Source of the DNA: Amoebophrya sp. A120
Taxonomy: Eukaryota; Protista; Dinoflagellata
Assembly: GCA_905178155.1 (NCBI GenBank)
Contig: CAJINV010000002.1
Coordinates: forward strand, 11,472,591 to 11,536,590
DNA: 64,000 bases
Direction: 5' to 3'
Under the pieces are notes generated by a model, which was given only the letters and a program-made list of their open reading frames with translations, was not told where the DNA came from and did not search any database. A program made the translations under genes and the position numbers. Shown here piece after piece: positions 48,043-59,200 of this stretch (positions are counted from its first letter, which is position 1; each line of letters opens with the position of its first letter).

Positions 48043-49636
48043 TAAATGGATCTGAGTTAAAATATTCCTCAGTGCGTTTTTCTCACATTTCGTCGTTGTG
48101 CCGCTGGACTATTTTGGGGTGCAATGTGAAGCTGCTCGTTTGGTGTCTACATTTTTAGATCCTTCAAGCCAAAAAACTACTATCTTGGGGGCCCCAGGGC
48201 TTGCACCATAAGCGGGCCCTGCAGTGCTAGCTCCCGACCTCCCGAACAAGCTCGTCAGCCTGAACGTTTGGAGGATCCCAAGAGTTACTAGATCGGGAAG
48301 TTGGAGGTAAAACGCAGCGCGCTGAAGGATCTGAAAAATTCTGAATCTGCTGAAGTGTTTCGTTCAAAATTTATTTGCACAAACTACACACATTCAATCC
48401 TTCACAGGAGGCACATCCGATTTTTGTTTTTGCTGTAGGGATTGAGGTGTAAACAATGTCGGAAAAACTTACTGAAAGATCAAAAACCATTCGCCCACCT
48501 TCGTCGGCAGTGCCTTGGTCCTACTTATCGATATGGTAACTAGTGGGTAGGGAAGTTTCTCCGGTGTAGCTTTTTTGGATGACTTGCAAAATCGAAAAAG
48601 AGGCAAAGCGCCTTCCCCTGCCATTTACCTGACTCAGGGCTTGACTCACCGCGCGAGTCTGTAGTTCTAGGTAGTGCTAGAAGATCAAAGCGCCTCGATC
48701 TTCGGTCGTCCGGTAGTTCTACGTGCGTTCGCAATCAAAACTATATATGCGATTCAGACTAAACTTCGGTAGCGCCGCAAGGCGGATGGAGTGCGTTACT
48801 TTAGTACTTTCGAAAGAATAAATGTCGAACAATAAATAAAAGCTTATCTTCTTATTTGTCATCGATTCCATCTGTGCTCCTGCACCTGCTGTTGTGCAAA
48901 ACAACGGAAGCGCAGCAATATAGGTCTAATCTTAGCACGCGCGAATAGCTGTGCGCTGTGTTAGCTGTTAGGTTAGTTTAAGTATAAAGACTCGTAGTGG
49001 CAAGGAAATCCAGTGCAAGCGCCTACAACAAGCAACTTCCAACGACGGATATTCAGATCCTGAAAACTCGTCGGATTGGTTCAACGACATCGCTTCAAAA
49101 TCATATAAAGTCTAGTGTCCCTATATCTTGGAGGGCAGCACGCGGTAGGTTTTCCTTAGCTGCCTGTCGCAATAAATGGATCTGAGTTAAAATATTCCTC
49201 AGTAAGTTTTTCTCACATTTCGTCGTTGTGCCGCTGGACTATTTTGGGGTGCAATGTGAAGCTGCTCGTTTGGTGTCTACATTTTTAGATCCTTCAAGCC
49301 AAAAAACTACTATCTTGGGGGCCCCAGGGCTTGCACCATAAGCGGGCCCTGCAGTGCTAGCTCCCGACCTCCCGAACAAGCTCGTCAGCCTGAACGTTTG
49401 GAGGATCCCAAGAGTTACTAGATCGGGAAGTTGGAGGTAAAACGCAGCGCGCTGAAGGATCTGAAAAATTCTGAATCTGCTGAAGTGTTTCGTTCAAAAT
49501 TTATTTGCACAAACTACACACATTCAATCCTTCACAGGAGGCACATCCGATTTTTGTTTTTGCTGTAGGGATTGAGGTGTAAACAATGTCGGAAAAACTT
49601 ACTGAAAGATCAAAAACCATTCGCCCACCTTCGTCG
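48043..49636. repeat. Two near-identical 464-bp direct repeats (48043-48506, 49173-49636) around a 666-bp spacer; LTR/TRIM-like
   Basis: Constant offset of 1130 bp. I saw only a 2-nt difference (AGTGCG vs AGTAAG). TCGCAGTT occurs at both outer junctions. Confidence 0.9.
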
Positions 49637-51809
49637 CAGTTGATTATACCGAGGTGACCTTGGATTTATGGGCCCATCAGGCGATGCTTGCGTGACCGCC
49701 GCAGGCTCCGTCGGTGGATCGCGTAGATTCCCATCCGGCATCGGAATTGCGATGGAAGGATCCGTTCCCTGTTGATACTCCGGTGCTCCGGTTTCCTGTT
49801 GCGGTGATGCTGGTCGTGTTGCCCATGCTGCCTGTCGTCTTCCAGGACTGTTTCCGTGCTGCGAAAGAGCATACCCGGCCCTTGCCTTAGCCTTCGCCTC
49901 TTCCGTCAAAAATAGATCTCGATTTCGTAATTTATTTTTGCTCCTGTTGCTTTCAGCGGCGGGGGCTGCTGGTTGCGTTGGGGCTGAGAAGGTAGCGCTT
50001 GTGGAGAGTCCTTGGAACGACGAGTTTTGAGGGGGCTGCTTCACCGCTGCGGCGGGAACAAAAGGTTCCCAAGAAGAGCCGGCATGCCCAGTGTGCGCCG
50101 GAACAGGAAATTCTTGACGCGCTGCTGGCATCTGCTCCGGGTTGCCGAACAAACTAGGACGACAAGCAGTCGGTAATTGACTTCCGTGGGTGGTCGGCGC
50201 GGGCTGCGCGACGAATGTCTGTCCAGGTTGCGGCTGCTGCGGCGTGGAAGCTGGAGAATGCATTTCCGAGAAGGGCACAAAGACGGCGGCCCAGCCCCAG
50301 CCTATGCCTCCACATGCAGGAACATACCCTTGTTGCGCTTGCGACGAGTGTGGCTGCGTATGTGCTTGCTGTGCCGCAGGATCGATAGGCGATGACGACG
50401 ACGTCCGAAAACCTTGTTGCGATAATTGCAACGGTATCTTGTGGTTCGGGTATGGATGCGAAGTGGGAGCAGACGCCGGTGGGGCTGAAAATTCTCCCGG
50501 TGGCTTCCTCAGTGTCCGCTGTCCCTGAGCCGGTGCGGCCTTAAGTTTAGTTTTCGGAGTAGCAGCTGTAGCAACTCTATCTCCCGGCAGTGTGCTGTCG
50601 TTGTTATTCAGCGGGTGTTGCTTTCCAACCAGAGACGGGCCACGGGGCTGCAGACCAACGGGGAGAGGAGGCTGCTTTTCATGGACATAACGAGAACCAT
50701 ATGAATTTGGCCACGGTGTGTGCAGCTCTGGTTCTGCGGCGACATAGATGCTTCTTGGATATGGACCTTGTGGACTTGGATGCGATTCTCCAGTTATTTG
50801 TCGCGTTGCAGTTGTGCCGGAAGGAAGATTTCGGCCTGTGAAAATGTGAGGAGAGGGGATATGCATATGCCGAAAATTGTCAAGGTCAAGGAGCTCCTCA
50901 CAAACAAAAGCTTAAGAGCATTAACTTATCATGTAACACTTTGCCGCTCCACGTTTTGCGGCTCTACGTTTGGGTTTGCCCGTTATTCACATAAATCAAA
51001 CACGCATCTATGGAGAACGGAAGGGAACCTGTGCACATGCAGTTGACGAAGTAATATTAAGTAATCTATCAAGATACTGCAATCAATCAATGCCATCAAG
51101 CTCAAAAAAAAACTGTACGTACTTGCTGATTCGCTGAATCTACTTGGGACGACGAGCCAGCAACTTGTGTGGATCGAATATGTTTTGTGGGCTCGCCGTA
51201 AACTTCATACCAGTGTGGAGCACCACGACCCCCGGTGGGCCAGGATTGATGCGGCATGCTTTCACCAGTTGTTTCGCTACTCCCAGCTGGTACGAGAGAA
51301 TTAATAGCTTCACGCACACGTGCGAAAGGGTCCAGGTCCCACGTCTCGTCCTCTGACTCGTCATCTACCTCGTCCGCCCAAGGCTTGCGCTCGATCCTCT
51401 TCTCCTTCGGTTTCGAGTCTTCAGGATTATCTTCGAGAACATCGTTGCACCCAGCAGGCAGACTGAACGGCGGAATATTATCTAGGGACAATTCCTTGCG
51501 GCCATGTGCAGGCGATGGAGAAGGCAACGTAGCGGGAGACGGTCCTCCTGCTAGTGTTTCCTTGCTGTCAGTGCGAAGAGAGATGAGAGACCACATGCTG
51601 TCACTCGAACCAACCGTAGGAAGGCCTGTGCTAAAAGACGCGCGAGTCGACGCTACCGGCGATCCGCCGGCTGGGATTGTTTTTCCCTGCTCTGGAGACC
51701 ACATCCTCAGTCCAAAGACGGCCCTCAGGAGCACACAAGAGCACAGTACCAGCCGGCATAGCCGGTGTTGGTAGCTACAGCAACTGTTCCGCAGAAACAA
51801 ACGAATCAT
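49610..51809 (-). CDS. Two-exon Pro/Gln/Ser-rich hypothetical protein with a signal-peptide-like N-terminus; 3' end runs into the direct repeat
   Basis: ORFs 51102..51809 and 49610..50866 can be joined by a GT-AG intron (acceptor TTTTCACAG near 50840). The last 8 codons and the stop lie within the repeat copy. Confidence 0.62.
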
Positions 51810-53225
51810 GTTGGTAGGTATCTGCCTGCACGACAGTTATGAAATTGACGTAGTGAAGAGTGACGGGAAAGCACACTATTAAGACGAAAACACAGCTGTG
51901 CTCTGTACTTGTGTAAGAGAATCAGGAAATCTTAACGTGTTTGTAGGTAAAATTAAAAATCCAATTTCGATATCTGCGTACAGACGAAGTTGAAATGATT
52001 CCAAAGCGTTGGTTGTGAGTCAGTAATCAAATAGTTGCGTAGTTGTCGAAGTATAAGTATGTGTAAGATGAAGTGGTATCACAAGTGAAAGGGGTGCCGC
52101 TTGCAGCTCACCTCTGCTTCTGAAGCTGTTAGTATAGTCAGACGACAAACTCAAACATAGGAGTTGATACATTATGTCCGTATGCTCAATATCCATGTTG
52201 AGTTCATGCCGGGGCTTTCGTGGCGAGGCGGACTGCCTCAATACGGATCTTGTTCATCTTATATGTCACAATTTCAGTGCTGGATACAGATTATCATTTC
52301 CACGAACTGCGCGATGGAATGCATAAAAGATCAAGATCTTGCTTCGTACAACCACGAGCCTGCGATTTTGTCTTTCAATCATTCCCGGTTGTTCCATGGA
52401 ACTACATTTCATCGGAATCTGTCCAGGGGTCGCTCAAAATGACGGGACCGTCGTGAACGCATTTTTGTGTTCGATCGTACTGCAGAACCTGCTGGTGATA
52501 TTCAGAAACTCAGTCATAGCAACGACAGATCTGAGTATGGATGATGATCTATCCTGGACTTGTAACACGACCTGTTCTCTTTACCATCTCGGGATCTCGA
52601 GCTCGATCGCGATTGAAGGTTGCACGTCATGATCATACTTGAGTACAGTCTCGTCTCCTCGAAAAACGATTCATGCTTTCTCATGAGTGCTCGTTGTTTA
52701 GTGGTGAACTTGTTTCGGCACGCCAACGGAGTCACCGTAGTCTAACTGTTCATTTTCTCCGCAAGTTCAAGTTTTATTACCCAGCTTTTTGTTTCATTGC
52801 GCCGAGACGGGACCCTTACCTTGGGCGGCAGCTTTGCATGCTTTCGCTGCAAAGAAACTGGAAAAGAAAAGACGCACATTTCTATGTACAATCATTACCT
52901 CATGTATAGAGACGCATCTCCAAGTGAAAACTTTTTCACGGGGGGAGCCAGAAGCGTGGCAGTAACCAAGGCACAACTCAATCGTTCTACTCATAGCGGA
53001 TAGAATCACGAGAAACCGAACCAGCGGCGTGGTGCTGTAAGATATTAATTTCCATACTCATAGTTTTGCATTTGCTACAAGAACGAAGACCAGCACGCTC
53101 AGATGGAAAAATGAAAAAGAAAAACGCATAGGCATCAAGAGGGCTTCAAGATGACTCGGTCTTTGTGTGTACAAATATCATACGAATCCAGTGGTCGTGC
53201 TGGTGCTCAACATCGATCTTCGTTT

Positions 53226-55248
53226 TTATCGAAAGCCGTGGCATTCTGGATGCGGGTGAGGGGGCTTGATCGCCACCGCAAAAATGGTGGACGCCCCGTC
53301 GCTCATGGCGTCGTAGCCCCACTGGAAGGCCTGGTCGATTTCGTCCTGCGTGAAGTCGGAGGTCTGCAGCCCGGCGCTGCGGGCGATGTCCCAGACGTAG
53401 TCTCCGCCGCTCGCCATCAGCGTCTTCGGCACACAGAAGCCCGCGTTCGAGAGCAACGAATGCACGCCCTCCTTGGTGTAGCGAAAAAAGTCGCCCGGTA
53501 CCTGGTGGTACTGCGCGAGCTGTGGCACGGAGAGGAACAGCAACCCCCCGGCGTGCAGACTGTTGTACAGCGCTGTGGCGGACTGCTCCGGGTGGGGCAG
53601 GTGCTCGAACACCTATCAAAGGCAAATGTGTCTGGACCTGGAGGGATGCGCGCGTTTGTAGTGCCTGCTCTCGTGGACCTTAAAAATGGTCTGGAATGCA
53701 GTCTGAAGCATCGCAGGTTTTGCGACAGCATCTTGAACTTGATCTTCATAACGAACCCGCATGAGAATGAGCAACGTTTAGCGTCCATGCAACACAGATT
53801 TTTGATTTTGTGCGATAGCGATAGCGATCGCGATCCAAATTTGGCATGACAACTTGCCTTGCTCCAGGTCCAGATGACATATTTGCAATGCATAACACCT
53901 GCGTGGACACGATCAGATCCAGGTAGTTATCAGGCCCGAGGAGCTTGGGGTACTCGAGGATATCCCCGTATAGTGTGTGGGCATGCAGGTCCAAATGCGG
54001 CGGCACGCCCTGCAGCGTCGGCTCGTAGCGAAACGCGATGATGTCCTGGCAAAAGTGCTGGAAAAGCAGTGCGTAGTTCACCTCGGCCCACTCCCCGCAA
54101 CGCAATCCGCCGGCACGGGTCGTGATCATCCCTTTCCCCTTGTTGCTCTGTTCTTCTTCTTGCGTCGCTGTTTGGAGGGTCGCGAGTTGGTCGGGCCCTA
54201 AGTGGTCTAGCTTTTCGGATAGTGTCGTGTCTGTCGCGGAGATCGCCGCAGCTTGCTGCGGCTGGGTCGCTGCCGCGGGCACGTTTCTCAGGAGAACTTG
54301 GAAGAGCTGTGGCATGTTTCGCAGCGCCATCATGTAGCGATTGATAAAGTAGTGCTCCGGGACCCGTGGGGGCGCGCCGATTTCTGTGGCGCGCTTGGAC
54401 CAGTTTTCCATGCCCTGCGTCTTGACGTTGCGCGTGCCCAGTGGCATCAGTTTTCGCCGCTCCAGGAGGCGCAAGAGGAAGACCCACGCTTCCTGCAGCA
54501 GCGAAACGGAGTTCAGCTGCTTCTGCAGATGCTTCCCCATGGGGTTTTGCCCGTAGCAGTGGCACTCCGCGAGGTTCTTGCCCCCGCTCTGCTCCACTTG
54601 CGAAAGAAAGGCGGGCGGGATTTGCATCTGCGCGGACCCACACACCACGGGCGAGCTGGTGGCAGCGGTGGCAGACGCAGGCACCGGGTAGGGCGGCGTC
54701 GACCAAAGGCCCAGATGCGGCACGCCGAATACGATCCACCCATTCGGGCAGTTGCAGGGAGTGTTCCAAAACCCGCACAGGTGGCTGCCCCCCGACCGCA
54801 CATAGTCCACGTCTGCCTGCATCGTACCGATTTCCTGCAACAGCGACTGCTGGTCCGACGGGCTCAGGTTAAACAGCGCATTGTCAAACGCACACTTCTG
54901 CTCTTCGTAAGCCGGCGTCGTGGCACCGGCAGCTGCATCCCCTGGACCAGCCGGAGCAGTTGTTTCTGCAGCTGCCGCCGGCGGAGACTGCAACCCAGTT
55001 TCCCCCTCCGCTTGCGCATCCCTTCTGGTGTAGTCTACTTCTACTTTCCTGGATTGATAATTCTTCAACGTGTTTATTCGGTGCTTTGCGAGCAGTGACG
55101 CCTGAGCGTAACGCAGCGACGCGACAGCATCATGTCCAAAACCTGTCGTTAGCAACAAGCTCGGTGCCACACCAGACCGCAGCACGGAGGCACGCAGAGA
55201 GACTCCCATTGCCGTCCCCGGCGAGGAACAGAGGACTGCTCCTCGCAC
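53226..55248 (-). CDS. Class I SAM-dependent methyltransferase-domain protein (~570 aa) with an N-terminal extension
   Basis: After removing E6: LDLIVSTQVFEHLPHPEQSATALYNSLHAGGLLFLSVPQLAQYHQVPGDFFRYTKEG, typical of Methyltransf_11/23 motifs (xEH..P, LxxGG, YH..PxDxxRxT). 1737 nt remain. Confidence 0.82.
53614..53894. mobile_element. Introner E6: 281-bp TIR element related to family A, TSD ACACC
   Basis: Left end TATCAAAGGCAAATGTGTCTGGACCTGGAG; reverse complement of right end TATGCATTGCAAATATGTCATCTGGACCTGGAG. ACACC at 53609-53613 and 53895-53899. Splits the conserved QVFEH motif. Confidence 0.92.
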
Positions 55249-56292
55249 AGTGGCTCACGTCATCTGTGAGCAACGTAGCGCTGGCGTCAGCGTCAGGCGG
55301 CGACCGGCGGACCAAAAACACAATTCAAATTTCCGTACGACTTCTAGGATTAAGAAACATTAAAACGCGACGTCGCAAAGCAAAACATGGTAATGATAAA
55401 CACCCTCTGCCCCCGTAGACTGAACCGTCCTACTTACGGCATGCCAAGGATTAATTTTCGTTCTTGATTATTCATTTTCACCATGATGGTTCTCGTTCTA
55501 CTGTCCGTGGGACCGGCGCCATCAGTCTCAATATGCCCCCTCAGTTTCAAGACACAATAAACACTGCACTTGCCACTGTGGTTCCAAGTTCTTATCGCGA
55601 AAGTTCGCGGGTTTCGGGTTACCACAATACCGAAGCTAGTATCATGCACGCATTGACCTCCAACCCTTTTTCTCATCGATGCTCCCTCTGACTCTCTCAC
55701 TCTCCCTCGGAGCACTTCTACAAGCCACTGTGGACAACCAGAAACCAAAAAGATGAAGCCGCAATACAATAAACTGAAACACACGCGCGGTGTAACTCCG
55801 GCGCCTCGATCAAAAGAGAAGGGGCATGACTTTGGTCCACCTCGCGGGTGAATTAAAGATCCTCGAATGTTATGTTTTGATCTTGTAGTTGCGAGGGGAT
55901 TATCGTGGTTTCGGAATGCGCTTGTGAGGGGGGTTGTTCATTTGAATTTCTAGTTGAGAAAGCCACTACTTCTACTACACACCCAAAACTCAAAAGTAAA
56001 ACTTTTCACAGCTAGGTATTAATGAGTATCGCTCGACAACGACGGCACCCCGAAGCAGTAGCTCTGGCTAGTGCAGGCGTCTTCTTCGTATTGGCTCGTC
56101 TTCAGACTGCCACTGCGACGTTCGGTCTATTTTTGTCTGTAAACACCTACAATGCAAATCTGTTTTATAGTTATTAAGTACGTATGTGGCTCGGGTTGAA
56201 AATGAAATTACTTATGTACTTGTAGAAAATTTGATTATAGATGGGTTTGGTGGATTTTTGTGATGGTGTGGAAAGATAGGTCATTGACCCTT

Positions 56293-59200
56293 TTAAACAT
56301 TTACATCAGATGACTTTGATTTTTTTTGAGGGGATTTAGCAGCCGCAGGCGCGGGTGCTGGCGGAATGGTTTCCCGTTCGTTTTCAGCCTCCGGAATGGG
56401 CTTCAGGTCATTGTCACTGCCTCCGTCCGGGAGCCCCGTCCTTGTTCTGCTCGCCAGCTTCTGTGCGGTCCGCAGGGTTCGCCAATGTTTGTTCTTGGTT
56501 TTTCCCGGGGGGGTCGGGGTATCTAGTGAGATCCCGAGCACGCGCGATATGAGGTCGCGCCCTTCACTAGCTTGCGTGTCGGCTGTCCTCGTTATGTCAA
56601 AGCTCGCAGTGGGGCTTTTATCGTCAGAGTTTTGCCCGCGGTTCAACTTCGCCACCATGGCTGACACGCTTGGCCCGGGAGTTTCCGCGGACGACTCTAC
56701 GGAGCGTTTCTTGCTGCTGCCTCCCCTAGATTCGTCCATACCCTGAGGCAGGTGCGTCGCTGAAGCGAATCCTGGATCGGGCGGCAGCCCTGGGCGGGTC
56801 GAGGCTAAGTTGGTCTTCGTCCCGAGAAAGCTATCTAGGTGTGTGCGCTGGATCAAGAGCGACAGTTGCTTCTGGTACTCTGTCTCGTTGTCGTGCGGGA
56901 TGTGGCTCAGTGGCTGCGCCTTTCTCGGCACCCGCATCACCCTCGTGCTGCCGTCTTCCGAAACCGACTGCAGCTGCGAAGAGTTGTGCATGGAGCCCAT
57001 CATCGAACCCGTCCCCTTCGAGCTGGAGGGCACGACTTTGTAGTAACTTTTCGGCTCTTTTTTGTCCTTCTTCTTTTTCTTCTTGTCTTTCGAATAAACT
57101 GCTGAAGTTCTTGACTCAGCAGCGGTCTTCTGCGCCGTCCCAGACGATCTCGCTACACTCGTCTTCGCTGTCGCCCCACCACTTCCCTTCTGTTTCCCTC
57201 CGGAAGGCGAGAACTCCTCATCCAGCACAGCCAACACCACTTCCTCATCCGCCTGCTTCGAAGTTGGTTTTGTCGTAGCACCATCAAATGACGGCTGTTT
57301 CGTCGCAGTCTGTACGACTTTCTTCCCCCGCACGCTGCGTGCAGCAGCTCCTGGTGTGCCAGGAGTACGATCACCGTCCTCACCTTGTAGAACAAGTTCC
57401 GAGTTCCTTACTTCGTTGGCGATAGCGTCGTCCGGGAGGTGAGATGACTCTTCGCCATGAAGATGCTCGTCTGGGTCGTGGAGCCCGGTGTCGATCGGTT
57501 TCACGCCCAAGGCCAGCAGCTCGCTACGAATTTCCTGTAACTGGTTCAATGCCATCAGGATCTCCGCCCGCAGCTCGTCTGGAATGTACTTCCACTTCTT
57601 AATTTCGTACAAGGAGTAGTCTAAAATGATATTTTCGATCTGCAGATCCGCGATCAGCCGGTGCTCCTCCTCCGGGCTCAACGGCGGCGCCTCCTGCTCC
57701 CCGCCGTGGTCGTGCAGTCGGTCCTCCGTATGCAAGAAAAAAACTGTGTGAGTGTAACTCTGTAATGCAGAACATGCAACAGAGTTACACGCGTCATGCC
57801 AGACAGCCACGAAGTCCTCTTTTCCTGTGTGTTTTCCCTTACAATCCACGCATGACAGGTTTTCTCTGTCATGTAGAGCAAATTTGTAATGCTGTCAGCC
57901 AAAGAAAGTTACACTAACACAGTTTTTTTCTTGGATACTCCGCCTCCTGTTTTGCGATTTCCCGCTTTTTGGTGACGATGAGAAAGCGGTCCCGCAAGTC
58001 GTTCACCCGTTTTTTGCGCTGGTGCAGTTGCGAGAGCAGCATGGCCACCACGGCGACCACGCCCAGCCACACCACGCAGAACGTGGCCACGATGCTGGCC
58101 CAGTTGCGCTTGGACCGGGCCTCCTCCGGCGTGCTACCCTCGGGGATGGTGACCAGCGACGCCGCGAGCGCCGGGACGAGCGTGCCGCCCCCGAAACCGA
58201 TCATCTGCGTCGCGAAGTTGTTGCACGCGGAGGCGAGGGCCCGAGATTTGTGGGGGATGACCGTCAACAACATGCCGGCCAGCCCGGGCACGAGCATGGC
58301 CCCGAAGAACACCATGGTGCCGGAGAGGGACGCGAACCAGTACAACTGCGTCGCGCGTCGGCCGCCCGTGCTGCAGGACAGGATGAAGCACAGCAGTGCC
58401 GCGATCACGGTGTCCGCCACGATGAAGTACAGGTACTTGATGCGGTGGATCAACCCGACGTAGCCGATCCTGTCCGCAATGACGCCGCCCAGCACCACGC
58501 CCCCCGGGGGGCCCGTGACCAAAATGATGGTGTAGATCAGCAGCACGTGCGATTTCCACGTGGCGCGGGTCCACAGCGTGTGCTCCGCCGGGTCCTCCGG
58601 TGCCTCGCCGTCGGCGTACGCCTCGTCCACCGGGTAAAATTCGTCCAAAAACCAAATCGTGATGTAGGACTGGATGGCATTGGTGATGCACCACATCACG
58701 CAAAGCGTGCACACACACCCGACGAAGATGCCGGACTTCAAGATGTCGCACACCCCAAACTCGTCGGCCTCCTCGAGGCCATCCTCCGCTGGCATGATGT
58801 TGCCGTTGTCCGGTTGTACGGGGGCGAGTGAATCTTCCTCGACTAGTGAAGCTGCTCCTTGTTGTCTTTCTTGCTTTAAGACATCCGCTTTGCTTTTGCG
58901 ATCGATGACGGACACAGCCGTAGGGTTCATTTGCCCCGCGGAAGCCCGCGCCACCGATTTGATGTCAGCATCGTCACCAGCCTCGCCTTCGGGGGCAAGC
59001 GGGCGCTTTTTGCTCTTGTTGGAGCTCGAAGACGTCGCGCCAGCAGGTCGTGTTGACATAGAAGCATGACTGGTTTGCGAAGAACCTGTTTCGCTGCTTT
59101 CAGCACGATTCATCCCAGTTATTCCGACTACCGTAGCCTGTTTATTCAGCAGAGCTGTATCACTCTCTACGTCACTCGCGGACGGACTCGAGGGAACCCC

